Shown here: positions 46,768-56,446 of the stretch, one piece after another
Numbering within the stretch: position 1 is the stretch's first letter
Layout of the letters: each line of letters opens with the position of its first letter
Assembly: GCA_015485495.1 (NCBI GenBank)
Contig: WFTL01000058.1
Span: 8,379-72,378, forward strand
Source of the DNA: Planctomycetaceae bacterium
GTDB taxonomy: Bacteria; Planctomycetota; Planctomycetia; Planctomycetales; Planctomycetaceae
Direction of reading: 5' to 3'
DNA: 64,000 nt
Program-made: the position numbers and the translations under genes
The notes under the pieces: generated by a model
Database searches by the model: none
Told to the model about the DNA's origin: nothing
The model's input: the letters and a program-made list of their open reading frames with translations, nothing else

Positions 46768-47157
46768 TCCCGATGGACTGCAGGTTCCGAACCGATTGCG
46801 CACCGGAACAGCGTGCGGGACGTCCGGCATTTGAGCACCGATCACGGCCGGAGACTACGCGGACAGAAATCCACGCAGAAGTTGTTCGCGGCCCGCGTGC
46901 CTGCTGGTTCGGAGGGCGTCGTCGCCGGCGGAGTCTCCCAGCGTCCGATGCCCCGCTTCTCCTCGTGAAGCCGGACAGTTCCGATGCAGAAGGAGACCAG
47001 TTTTGAAAGAAAAACACAAGCGCCACCGTGCCATTCTGGCAGGCTTGCCACCGGTGCACAGTTTTTAGGCAGAGCGGGCGGCGGACTGGAGTGCCTCATC
47101 TTTAGGCATTTGTTGGGGGAATTGGGGTTGGAGGATTTCTGGCCGGCTGCTATCGTA

Positions 47158-47184
47158 TTGATGTCGCAGTCAGGTTGATGTCGC
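47158..47184. promoter_or_regulatory. 10-bp direct repeat ttgatgtcgc x2 (17-bp period) upstream of csrA
   Basis: Copies at 47158-47167 and 47175-47184, about 125-150 nt upstream of the csrA ATG. Confidence 0.3.
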
Positions 47185-47307
47185 CGAATTGGCCGGGTCT
47201 CTGCGGGGATGGTTGCGGGGCATTGGCTGTGGGCTGGTGGCCTGAATCGGCAAAGGTGACTTCGATCCGCACAGGGATGTCCGAAACGGAAGGAGACGGT
47301 GAACGAA

Positions 47308-47511
47308 ATGCTGGTTTTGTCGAGAAAAACGGGGGAGCGGATTCTGATCGGAGACGACGTTGCCATCACGGTGGTGCGAATCGGTCCGAATTCGGTGCGG
47401 GTCGGAATTGAAGCACCGCGAACTACGAACATCGTGCGTGAGGAACTGTGCGATTTCGGGGCGGCTGCCGAGGAATCGGAATCGGTTCAGGGCCAGACGG
47501 TGCCTTCATAG
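47308..47511 (+). CDS. csrA: carbon storage regulator CsrA
   Basis: MLVLSRKTGERILIGDDVAITVVRIGPNSVRVGIEAPRTTNIVREEL is a near-consensus CsrA. The leader contains cggaaacGGAAGGAGAcggtgaacgaaATG, which has GGA motifs overlapping the SD. Confidence 0.9.
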   Translation: MLVLSRKTGERILIGDDVAITVVRIGPNSVRVGIEAPRTTNIVREELCDFGAAAEESESVQGQTVPS

Positions 47512-47721
47512 GGTTCACCGGAAACCGGTGCGGACAACCGGGAGCCTGCCGATTCGATTTCGGGGGCGCTGCAGAAGAATCCAGAAGCCGGGATGTCTGC
47601 CCGGCTTTTTTCATGCGCCGATACATCGGCGCACAGGATGCCCGGTCGCTTGCTTCTGATTTGCCGCGTCTGCTAAGAACGTCGGCTCGACGTTCACAGC
47701 TTTCGCAGCGGGAATCCGATC

Positions 47722-49185
47722 ATGGCTGATCGTTTCGAACAGGCGCGCCTGGAAAAACTGGAAAAAATCGAATCTCTCGGACACGACCCGTGGGGACAGC
47801 GGTTCGACGGGCATCAGCCGATCGCCGACGTGCGGAATGCCGTCCCTGAAGTGGCGGGCGAACCGGGCACGGAAGTTCGGCTGGCCGGACGCATCATGCT
47901 TCGTCGAAAAGCCGGTCGGCTGCGGTTTTACGACATTCGTGATCAGACAGGACGCATCCAGCTTCTGTTTTCCCGGGGCGATCTGTCGGAAGAACAGTGG
48001 GCTCTGATGAGTGCTCTGGATCTGGGCGACATCATCGGAATCGATGGAATCACCTGGCGGACCGATACCGGAGAACCTTCCGTTCGGGTCACGAAGCTGA
48101 CCATTCTGTGCAAGTCGCTGGCTCAGCCCCCGGAAAAGTTCCATGCGGTTCGCGACGTGGAAACGCTGCTGCGTCGCCGCTACCTGGATCTCATTTACAA
48201 CGATGGGGTTCTGGAACGCATGCTGCGGCGCTCACAGGTCATCAGTTCCATCCGGCAGACTCTTCGGGAACAGCAGTTCCATGAAGTGGAGACGCCGGTA
48301 CTGCATGCGACGGCCGGCGGTGCGGCCGCGCGGCCCTTTGTCACGCACCACAATGCGCTGGACATGGAACTCTACCTGCGGATCGCCCTGGAACTGCATC
48401 TGAAACGTCTGCTCGTGGGCGGCATTGAGCGGGTTTTCGAAATCGGTCGTGTGTTTCGGAATGAAGGAGTCGATGCGACTCACAATCCTGAATTCACCAT
48501 GATCGAAATCTATCAGGCCTACGGCGACTATCGGTCCATGATGGAACTGACCGAACAGATCATTTCCCGTGCCGCTCAGGCCGTCTGCGGCACCACCACC
48601 GTCCCCTGGGGAGATGCCCATGTCGATCTGACGCCGCCGTGGCCGCGACGGTCGTATGAAGATCTGTTTGAGGAGCACGCCGGCTGCAGCATGCGCGATG
48701 CGGCGGCTGTGGCTGAAAAAGCCCGGTCTCTGGGGCTGGAAACCGAAGGACGCCACCCGGATGTGATCATCAACGATGTGTTCGAAGAAACCGTGGAAGA
48801 TCACCTGACAGGGCCCGTGTTCGTTGTGGACTATCCGGCATCGCTCTGTCCGCTCACCAGGCGGCGGAGGGACCGGCCGGACACGGCGGAACGCTTCGAA
48901 CTGTTCGTGCAGGGAATGGAACTGGCGAATGCCTACACGGAACTGAACGATCCGCGCCTGCAGGAACAGCTGTTTCGCACACAGCTGGAAGGCCTGTCAG
49001 AAGAAGAATCCATGGCCCGCATGGATCACGATTTCATCCGCGCTCTGAAAACAGGGATGCCGCCGGCCGGCGGTCTGGGAATCGGCATCGATCGGCTGGT
49101 GATGCTGCTGACCAACAGCCGCAGCATCCGCGATGTCATCTTTTTTCCGCTGCTGCGGCACGAAACCGATTCCAGCCGATCGTGA
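47722..49185 (+). CDS. lysS: lysine--tRNA ligase (class II)
   Basis: An OB anticodon-binding domain is followed by class II motifs ([41 protein letters not shown]). Confidence 0.95.
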   Translation: MADRFEQARLEKLEKIESLGHDPWGQRFDGHQPIADVRNAVPEVAGEPGTEVRLAGRIMLRRKAGRLRFYDIRDQTGRIQLLFSRGDLSEEQWALMSALDLGDIIGIDGITWRTDTGEPSVRVTKLTILCKSLAQPPEKFHAVRDVETLLRRRYLDLIYNDGVLERMLRRSQVISSIRQTLREQQFHEVETPVLHATAGGAAARPFVTHHNALDMELYLRIALELHLKRLLVGGIERVFEIGRVFRNEGVDATHNPEFTMIEIYQAYGDYRSMMELTEQIISRAAQAVCGTTTVPWGDAHVDLTPPWPRRSYEDLFEEHAGCSMRDAAAVAEKARSLGLETEGRHPDVIINDVFEETVEDHLTGPVFVVDYPASLCPLTRRRRDRPDTAERFELFVQGMELANAYTELNDPRLQEQLFRTQLEGLSEEESMARMDHDFIRALKTGMPPAGGLGIGIDRLVMLLTNSRSIRDVIFFPLLRHETDSSRS

Positions 49186-49495
49186 TCAGCTCTAAAGCCC
49201 GTGCTCTGCACGGGTTCGCCTGCACGGTGCGACGGCACCGGTTCGTGGCACGGCGGTGCCGTCCGGCACGGCGGGGCGATTCCGGTACGTTCGATCGGTT
49301 CAGACACGGGCGTGAGCCACGCACCGGGAGAGCCCATGGAGGAAGAGGCCCCATCGGGAGGGAGCACGCCGGTGGATCCGGCGGCTGACGAACCGGCCGC
49401 ATGGATCGTCGTGCCGGCCTGCCGGAAGCCGCCCAGGTGAACGGATCCGGCAGGCGGATGACCCGTCGGGACTGCCGGTATGTGTCTCGGCCGGA

Positions 49496-50434
49496 TCAGG
49501 AATCTTCCCGGGTGAAATCGAACATCGGTGTTGACAGGTAGCGTTCCCCGGAATCCGGCAGGATGACGACGATTGTTTTTCCCGCGTTTTCCGGTTTTTC
49601 CGCCAGGCGGATGGCCGCCACCATGGCGGCTCCCGAACTGATTCCCGCGATGATGCCTTCCTGCATGGCGATTTTGGGAGCCATCTCCATGGCTTCCTCT
49701 CCGGAAACCTGAGCGACTTCATCGACGAGCGACATGTCGAGGATTTCCGGAATGAATCCGGCACCAATTCCCTGAATCGGATGTTTTCCGGGTTCACCGC
49801 CCGACAGGACGGGACTGGTGGATGGTTCCACGGCGACGGAACGGACATCCAGCCCTTTTTCCTGCTTGAGATATCGGGACACGCCGGTGATGGTGCCTCC
49901 GGTTCCCACGCCGGCGACGAAAAGATCCACGTTTCCTTCGGTGTCTTCGTAGATTTCGGGGCCCGTTGTCTTCATGTGAATGGCCGGGTTGGCCGGGTTT
50001 CGGAACTGCTGAGGCATGAAGAAGTTGTCCTGAGCGGCGAGTTCTTCGGCTTTGGCAATGGCTCCCTTCATCCCTTCCGCTCCGGGCGTCAGAATCAGGC
50101 GGGCTCCGAAAGCCCTCAGCATCTGACGGCGTTCCAGAGACATCGTGTCGGGCATTGTCAGTGTGAGTCTGTATCCGCGGGCTGCGCAGACGAATGCCAG
50201 GGCGATTCCCGTGTTTCCGCTGGTCGGTTCCACCACTTCCATGCCCGGCTTCAGTTTTCCGGTTTCTTCCGCATCCCAGATCATGGCGGCTCCGATCCGG
50301 CATTTGACACTGTAGGCCGGGTTGCGTCCTTCGATCTTGGCCAGCACCGTGGCTCCCGTATGGCTGGCCAGCCGATTGATACGGACAAGCGGTGTACGGC
50401 CAATGGACTGTGTGTTGTCTTCCAGAACGGGCAT
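49496..50434 (-). CDS. cysK: cysteine synthase A (O-acetylserine sulfhydrylase)
   Basis: The start is at [20 protein letters not shown]. The PLP-lysine block [19 protein letters not shown] and GTGGTITG are present. Confidence 0.9.
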   Translation of the reverse strand: MPVLEDNTQSIGRTPLVRINRLASHTGATVLAKIEGRNPAYSVKCRIGAAMIWDAEETGKLKPGMEVVEPTSGNTGIALAFVCAARGYRLTLTMPDTMSLERRQMLRAFGARLILTPGAEGMKGAIAKAEELAAQDNFFMPQQFRNPANPAIHMKTTGPEIYEDTEGNVDLFVAGVGTGGTITGVSRYLKQEKGLDVRSVAVEPSTSPVLSGGEPGKHPIQGIGAGFIPEILDMSLVDEVAQVSGEEAMEMAPKIAMQEGIIAGISSGAAMVAAIRLAEKPENAGKTIVVILPDSGERYLSTPMFDFTREDS

Positions 50435-50593
50435 TCCGCTGATCCTTTCGCTGAAAGAGAGATTTGGCTGAAAACGCGTGATTATCTGCCTTGTGGTGTA
50501 CCAAATCTTTTCGGGTTCGCTAAGTCTGTTGACCATTCCGGACCAGCGTGTTTTCTGAAATCTTTTCTCCCCGGATGGCGTCTTCTGCTGCCC

Positions 50594-51655
50594 ATGCCGA
50601 ACATGATCTTCCTGCGAAGAATTCTGCCGCGGCAGCTCACAACCTGCTGCCTGATGACTGTGATCATCGGCTGTCTGCTGACTGCCGCACATTCCGGCTG
50701 TGTCGTGGCTGCTGCAGAAAGGACGGCGGTATCGGGAATTTCAGCCGGTACGCATCATGATGCCGGACCGGTCAGGGAATCGGGGGAGGTCGGTCGGGCG
50801 GAGCGACCGGACTGGTCGATGGTTGTGCTGAGTGGCTACTGCGTTCTCATTCTGGGAGCGTCCCTGCTGGGCGGCTGGCTGCCGTCTGTGATCCGCGTAA
50901 CGCACACCCGCATGCAGATCGTTGTGAGTTTCGTGGGGGGGCTCATGCTGGGAATCGCCGTGTTTCATCTGATCCCGCATGCGTCTGCTGTGCTGGTGAT
51001 CGATCGGGTCATGCTGTGGATGATGGCGGGCATCCTGTTCATGTTTTTCCTCATTCGGACATTCCATTTCCACAACCACGGCCTGGCAGAAGACGGCCAC
51101 GAACAGCGGTGTGTTCCCTGCGATCAGGATCATGAACACACGCACGCACATGGACACTCCCACCCGCACCGGCTGAATCTGAGCTGGGTCGGAATTCTGG
51201 CGGGGCTGAGCATTCATACGCTGCTGGACGGGATCGCTCTGGCAGGTTCTGTCGCGGCTTCGTCCGGTTCGGACGGACTTCTTCCGGGGATTGCGGTGTT
51301 TGTGGCGATCGTCCTGCACAAGCCTCTGGACGCCGTGTCCATCACATCGCTCATGGCTGCCGGTGGATGGACCTCCCGCGGGATGCAGGCGGTCAATGCG
51401 GGGTTTGCTCTGATGTGCCCTTTGGGTGTCGTGCTGTTCCTGGCAGGACTGCAGCAGTTTCCGGGACTTCACGACGAACTGTCCGGGGCGGCCATGGCAT
51501 TTTCGGCCGGCATTTTTCTGTGCGTGGCTCTCAGTGATCTGCTGCCGGAAATGGAATTCCATTCGCACCACCGCATCTATCTGTCCGTGGCGCTGCTGCT
51601 GGGAATTGCGACCGCCTGGGTGACCGGCTTTCTGGAACCCGGCCACGTGCACTAG
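50594..51655 (+). CDS. ZIP family divalent metal (zinc/iron) transporter
   Basis: Only the C-terminal part of the listed 624-aa ORF is credible, with the start at MPNMIFL. It has multiple TM helices, a His-rich loop ([13 protein letters not shown]) and a [11 protein letters not shown] block. Confidence 0.8.
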   Translation: MPNMIFLRRILPRQLTTCCLMTVIIGCLLTAAHSGCVVAAAERTAVSGISAGTHHDAGPVRESGEVGRAERPDWSMVVLSGYCVLILGASLLGGWLPSVIRVTHTRMQIVVSFVGGLMLGIAVFHLIPHASAVLVIDRVMLWMMAGILFMFFLIRTFHFHNHGLAEDGHEQRCVPCDQDHEHTHAHGHSHPHRLNLSWVGILAGLSIHTLLDGIALAGSVAASSGSDGLLPGIAVFVAIVLHKPLDAVSITSLMAAGGWTSRGMQAVNAGFALMCPLGVVLFLAGLQQFPGLHDELSGAAMAFSAGIFLCVALSDLLPEMEFHSHHRIYLSVALLLGIATAWVTGFLEPGHVH

Positions 51656-51751
51656 AACTGCGCTGTCTCCGCATGCTCGCAATGCGGAAAAACGATTCGG
51701 CGATGAGAACGGACGGCAGTCGGCAGGCAGATCTTCTGCAGGCTGCTGACG

Positions 51752-53038
51752 TCAGACGGCCCGCAGGGCCACGGCCGCACTTTGTCCCCGGGCTGTGCGG
51801 TTGACAGAAAGGGCGGTTCGGCAGTCGACTTTCATGGGACCGTCGCGCACCACATTCACCGGGCAGCGCGGATCGGGGACTTCGTAGTTCAGTGTGGCCG
51901 GGACTTCTCCGTAACGCAGGGACAGCAGCGTTCCGGCCAGCTCCACCGCCCCGCTCCCGGCATCGAAATGGCCGATGAAGCTCTTCATGGCCGTCACGGG
52001 AATCTGCGGCAGATGGTCTCCCAGAACACGGCGATAGGCGCGGGATTCGACGATGTCGTCCATCTGAGTGCTTTTTCCCTGAGCATTGATGTGGCCGATT
52101 TCCGAAAGGCCGATTCCGGCACGGCGCAGGCACGATTCCATCGCCCGAACCAGTCCCATCCCGGTCGATTCATTGGCCGGACCGCGGCCGTCACAGCCAC
52201 CGCCGATTCCAATGATCTCCGCATAGATGTCGGCTCCGCGCCGCACCGCGTGTTCCATGCGTTCCACAATGAACGTGGCAGCGCCCTCCCCCACAACGGC
52301 TCCATCACGTTCGAAATCGAAGGGGCGACAGGCCCGGGAAGGATCATCCGATCTCTGCGAGAGCCCTTCAAACCGATGAAACTTGGCGATGTCGACCGGG
52401 TGGATGTTCGAACTGCAGGCGCCGACGATCATCACGTCTGCCCGGTCGGATTCGATCACGCGAATCGCTTCCGACAGAGCCAGCAGGGCCGACGCATCGC
52501 GGGAGGTGATCGTGTTGTTGGGGCCCTGGGCGTTGTGATCGATGGACACGTGGCAGGCCGGCATGTTGGGAAGCTGCCGCAGAAGCCACAGCGGTGCGAT
52601 CTGTCCGAGGCCGTCTTCCCCCCAGCGGGTCATGTTGATCGTTCCCGGTTCGTCCTGGCAGGCACGGACCGCCGCGGCCAGCTCATCCGGGTGCGTCGTC
52701 ATACGGCCGGCACCGAAATCGACACCGAATCGCAGAGGATCGATGTCACCGGGACGGATTCCCGCATCGGACACGGCCAGCCGGGCCGACGCCACGCCGA
52801 GCTGCATGTCCCGGGACATGACTTTCAGAAACTTTCGGTCGCGCAGGTGAACGGCCGGATCGAAATTCCGCACTTCCGCTCCAAATGCCGACGGAAGGCT
52901 TTCATGCGGCAGAGACAGGTAGTCGATCCCGCTCACATTGTGCGTCAGACTGTGCCAGAACTGCTGCTTTCCGATTCCGATGGGAGACACCACTCCCACA
53001 CCGGTGACCACAATGCGTACGCCATCGCTTCCAGCCAT
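51752..53038 (-). CDS. beta-ketoacyl-ACP synthase I/II (thiolase-fold) family protein lacking the canonical Cys-His-His triad
   Basis: It is collinear with FabF (VVTGVGVVSPIG ... RPFDFERDGAVVGEGAA ... AMKSFIGHFDAGSGAVE). At the FabF positions ATAC*TSG and NAH*GTST it reads TSRD*ASA (D181, nt 52496-52498) and NAQ*GKST (Q320, nt 52079-52081). The C-terminal GFGG block is also degenerate. Confidence 0.85.
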   Translation of the reverse strand: MAGSDGVRIVVTGVGVVSPIGIGKQQFWHSLTHNVSGIDYLSLPHESLPSAFGAEVRNFDPAVHLRDRKFLKVMSRDMQLGVASARLAVSDAGIRPGDIDPLRFGVDFGAGRMTTHPDELAAAVRACQDEPGTINMTRWGEDGLGQIAPLWLLRQLPNMPACHVSIDHNAQGPNNTITSRDASALLALSEAIRVIESDRADVMIVGACSSNIHPVDIAKFHRFEGLSQRSDDPSRACRPFDFERDGAVVGEGAATFIVERMEHAVRRGADIYAEIIGIGGGCDGRGPANESTGMGLVRAMESCLRRAGIGLSEIGHINAQGKSTQMDDIVESRAYRRVLGDHLPQIPVTAMKSFIGHFDAGSGAVELAGTLLSLRYGEVPATLNYEVPDPRCPVNVVRDGPMKVDCRTALSVNRTARGQSAAVALRAV

Positions 53039-53469
53039 GGTAAACGCCTCAGTTGAGAATCCGCCGGATACTCACCACCGGCTTTTCTCCCGTTTTCCCA
53101 TTGTGCCGACATCCCTGTCTGGCCTCGGCTGCGTCAGGCACCCCACATGCACCGACAGGGCCGAGAATTCGTCTGAGCGGGGCCAGAACGGCCTGCGATC
53201 CCGAAACGAACGAATTCTGCATCCAACGGGCACATGTCCTTCCTGGAGACATGCCGCCATCAGAATTCGACATCGTTCGGATGATTCCTCCGCTTCAGCA
53301 GAATCACCAGAATCCCGCACCATTACAGAAGGACATGACTGCTGCCGTCAAGAGAGAAGCATCAGATCACTCTTCCTAAACCACCTGATTCTCCAGGATT
53401 CCTCCTGTCCGGAATCGTCCGGCCTCAATCCGGCACAATGAAATGCCCTGTTCAGGTACACGCCCGGCA

Positions 53470-53481
53470 CATGTATACATG
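53470..53481. promoter_or_regulatory. perfect 12-bp palindrome CATGTATACATG in an AT-richer spacer
   Basis: Read directly from the sequence. It is flanked by partially symmetric gca / gcgc. Related cacatg words occur twice more in the 500-bp spacer upstream of the KAS-like gene. Confidence 0.3.
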
Positions 53482-53542
53482 CGCACAGGTATCGTGGCCA
53501 GTGACGTGGGAGGTTTCAGTGAAAATCAGTCGGGAGGCCCAC

Positions 53543-54451
53543 TCATGGCTGCCGGCTGGCCGTGACCGCCTGGCGGGACAGCGGATGACGTTTCAGATGG
53601 TCCAGGATGACATCTGTGAATTCCGAACGCCGAACGGCGGACAGATGATCGGCGCCATCGATGAGCACCAGCTCCAGGTTGTTCATGACGGCTGCCAGTT
53701 CCTCCACACCTTCCCGCAGCGGGTCGCTCGATCCGACCACGGCGAGAACGGGCACCTGATTCTGTTCCAGTTCAGACCGCTGAACCGTCAGTTCCCGCAT
53801 GCCCCGAATTGCGGCGGACAGGGCCAGGGGGTCGTTCACCGCCATGATGAGCTGACTGGTGGCCTGAAGCTGTTCGGTCGGCACTTTTGGCTGGTCGGTC
53901 GGCTGCAGGGCCTGCATCAGAGGAATGAGGCCGTTTCCGGATTCCAGGGAGTCCCCGATGGCATCCAGCAGAGCGAATCGGGGTTCGGGATGTTCATTCC
54001 ACCCGGCCGCGCCGATCACGGCGGACGCCACGCGATCGGGATGACGGGTGATGAGCCGCGTCGTGATGAATCCTCCCATGGAATACCCGACGACGTGGGC
54101 ACGTGGAATGTCCAGATGATCCATCAGCCGGATCACATCATCGACCATGTGCAGACCGTAGGCGCTCCGTTCGTGCGGTTTGTCGCTTTGACCGTGTCCG
54201 CGGTTATCCAGAGCGATCACCCGGTAGTCTTCGGCAAGCCGATCCAGTATGCCGGGAAGAACCCAGTTCATCTGGTGAGACGCCGCGAATCCGTGAATCA
54301 AAACCACCGGATCGCCCTGGCCTTTTTCCACGAAATGGATTTTCACACCGTCGCTGTCGAAGAAACGACTCTGCGCTTCTCCGGCGGACACAGGTCCGAT
54401 CAGCAGCAGGGTTCCGGAAACGGCTATCAGACAGATACGGGTCAGCAACAT
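53543..54451 (-). CDS. secreted alpha/beta hydrolase
   Basis: The start is at MLLTRICLIAVSGTLLLIGPVSA (signal peptide). The HGF oxyanion block (VLIHGFAAS), nucleophile elbow GYSMGG and C-terminal GADHLS His are present. Confidence 0.85.
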   Translation of the reverse strand: MLLTRICLIAVSGTLLLIGPVSAGEAQSRFFDSDGVKIHFVEKGQGDPVVLIHGFAASHQMNWVLPGILDRLAEDYRVIALDNRGHGQSDKPHERSAYGLHMVDDVIRLMDHLDIPRAHVVGYSMGGFITTRLITRHPDRVASAVIGAAGWNEHPEPRFALLDAIGDSLESGNGLIPLMQALQPTDQPKVPTEQLQATSQLIMAVNDPLALSAAIRGMRELTVQRSELEQNQVPVLAVVGSSDPLREGVEELAAVMNNLELVLIDGADHLSAVRRSEFTDVILDHLKRHPLSRQAVTASRQP

Positions 54452-54729
54452 GGGATTCTCCCTGGAAACAGCACGGAATAAACAGCACGGAATAACCGGG
54501 AATGACACAGCTATGCGCATGACAACGTGACCGGACTTCAGTTTATGTGGTTCGTTCCGACAGCACAGCATGCAGACTCGGAAATTCCGCAGCCGTCTGT
54601 TCCCGAAGGGCGGGGCGGCATTTCTTATTCCCGATTCGTTGACACCCTTCAGACAGCCGGGACAATGCGCATCTGGTGACGAGCTTCTGTCACAGCGGGC
54701 CGCTGCCGACCGGTTCGGACCGCGTGACG

Positions 54730-55971
54730 ATGGCGAACGCAACAGACGGCGGGCTGAACATGGGTTTTCGACTGGTGGTGACCAGTGGTCAGGATGCCGA
54801 TCGCAGCATCGTTCTGGATGAAGGTGTGACGACGGTCGGCCGCGGCACCGCGGCCGATGTGCGGCTGCCGGACCTGAGTGTTTCGCGGCAGCACTGCATT
54901 CTGGAAGTGCGGGGGCCCCGCCTGCTGATTGCTGACGCCGGCAGTTCCAGCGGGACGTTCGTGAATTCCAGCCGTATCGACGGCGGAATCGAACTGAAAC
55001 CCGGGGATGAAATTCGGGTTGGAGACACCGTTTTGACGGTGAGTCATTCTGCGGATTCGCAGAAGACGATTCCTCCAGGACCCGGTGGAAGTTCGGCGTC
55101 CGGACGGCTGCCGGATCTGGCGGGACGGACGATTCATGATTATGAACTGGTCCGTCTGCTGGGCGAAGGACGGACGGGCGTGGTCTATCTGGCACGCGAT
55201 GTCCGTAAGGAACGTGATGTGGCGGTCCGGATTCTGAAGCCGGAAGTCACGGGCAGTCCGGAAGGAATGGCGCGGTTTGTTCGCGCCATGAAGACGATGC
55301 ACGGGGTGCGGCATGAAAACCTGGTCCGCATCTGGAATGCCGGCCGGACAGGCGATCTGGTGTGGGTGTCCATGGAATACGTGGACGGCGAGAATATGGC
55401 TCAGGTGATCGACCGCATCGGCACCGCCGGGATGCTGGACTGGGAGTACGCATTTCGCGTCGCTGTGCACACGGCCCGCGGTCTGGAAGCGGCTGCGGAG
55501 CACCGCATCGTGCATCGAAACATTCGTCCGGAAAGCATTCTCATGCGGACATCGGACCAGGTCGTCAAACTCGGCGACACCATGCTGGCTCGGGCCCTGG
55601 AAGGAACCATGGCGGAGCAGATCACTCGTCCTGGAGAACTCATCGGTGACCTCACCTGGCTGGCACCGGAACAGACCACCGGTTCGGCCGACATCGATAT
55701 CCGGTCAGACATCTACGCGCTGGGAGCCACCTGCTATGCTCTGCTGACCGGGCGTCCGCCCTTCACGGCAGGAACATTTCCCGAACTGCTGCAGAAGATC
55801 CGTACAGAGCCACCGGAACCCCCTCGGAACTTTCAGCTTTCGATCAACGACCTGTTTTCGGGCTGTGTGATGAAAATGCTGGAGAAACGTCCCGAGGACC
55901 GTTATGAGACTCCTGCTGCTCTGCTGAAAGATCTGGACCGAGTCGGCACGTTTGCCGGCGTGTCCGTCTGA
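54730..55971 (+). CDS. FHA domain protein fused to a degenerate Ser/Thr kinase domain (predicted pseudokinase)
   Basis: An FHA domain is present (TVGRGTAADVRLPDLSVSRQHC ... SSSGTFVN). The kinase fold has a G-loop (GEGRTG) and APE, but VAIK reads VAVR, the alpha-C Glu position is Ala (RFVRAMK), HRD reads HRN (nt 55519-55521) and DFG reads DTM. The start is at 54730 or 54760. Confidence 0.8.
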   Translation: MANATDGGLNMGFRLVVTSGQDADRSIVLDEGVTTVGRGTAADVRLPDLSVSRQHCILEVRGPRLLIADAGSSSGTFVNSSRIDGGIELKPGDEIRVGDTVLTVSHSADSQKTIPPGPGGSSASGRLPDLAGRTIHDYELVRLLGEGRTGVVYLARDVRKERDVAVRILKPEVTGSPEGMARFVRAMKTMHGVRHENLVRIWNAGRTGDLVWVSMEYVDGENMAQVIDRIGTAGMLDWEYAFRVAVHTARGLEAAAEHRIVHRNIRPESILMRTSDQVVKLGDTMLARALEGTMAEQITRPGELIGDLTWLAPEQTTGSADIDIRSDIYALGATCYALLTGRPPFTAGTFPELLQKIRTEPPEPPRNFQLSINDLFSGCVMKMLEKRPEDRYETPAALLKDLDRVGTFAGVSV

Positions 55972-55975
55972 CCGT

Positions 55976-56446
55976 TCAGGTGGGCAGCCCCTGCTGAATG
56001 CAGTCGGGATCGTGAAGCGAATGAGTCCGGGGATGCGGCCACCGGCGTTCCGCCATATTGGCCCGGTGCACCTGATCGTTCAGAGTGCACAGATCGTAAA
56101 GCCATCCCAGGAGAAACAGTCCGCCGGTGAACAGCCAGAGGATGCCGGTGAACCAGCGGTTCAGGTACATGCGGTGGGCTCCGAACGTCCCCAGGAACGT
56201 CAGCAGCAGCCACGCCACGGTGTAATCGTACGGACCCTCGCAGTAGGTCTGTTCGGCTGACGCGTGCAGAGACGGCATCAGGAACAGGTCCACGATCCAG
56301 CCGATTCCCAGCAGCCCGAACGTGAAGAACCAGATCGTTCCGGTCACCGGTCGTCCGAAGTAGAAACGATGGGCACCGGTGAATCCGAACAGCCAGCAGA
56401 TGTAGCCGACTGCCAGACTGTGAGTGGACGAAGGGGGGACAGTCAT
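55976..56446 (-). CDS. TM2 domain-containing membrane protein (two TM2 repeats)
   Basis: GYICWLFGFTGAHRFYFGRPVTGTIWFFTFGLLGIGWIVDLF and LLLTFLGTFGAHRMYLNRWFTGILWLFTGGLFLLGWLYDL are present. The start is taken at MTVPPSS. The same frame stays open up to 56848 (see findings). Confidence 0.75.
   Translation of the reverse strand: MTVPPSSTHSLAVGYICWLFGFTGAHRFYFGRPVTGTIWFFTFGLLGIGWIVDLFLMPSLHASAEQTYCEGPYDYTVAWLLLTFLGTFGAHRMYLNRWFTGILWLFTGGLFLLGWLYDLCTLNDQVHRANMAERRWPHPRTHSLHDPDCIQQGLPT

Noticed and set aside
49781-50593. The N-terminal 271 aa of the listed 624-aa plus-strand ORF.
   Set aside because: This part is antisense to cysK and has nonsense composition. The ZIP transporter begins at the internal MPNMIFL ATG (50594), after the cysK start.
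51782-53056. A 424-aa plus-strand ORF.
   Set aside because: It is antisense to the KAS-like gene, whose FabF collinearity is unambiguous on the minus strand.
54452-55195. The upstream 248 aa of the listed 550-aa minus-strand ORF.
   Set aside because: It overlaps the FHA-pseudokinase gene in antisense. The alpha/beta hydrolase has a clean signal peptide start at 54451.
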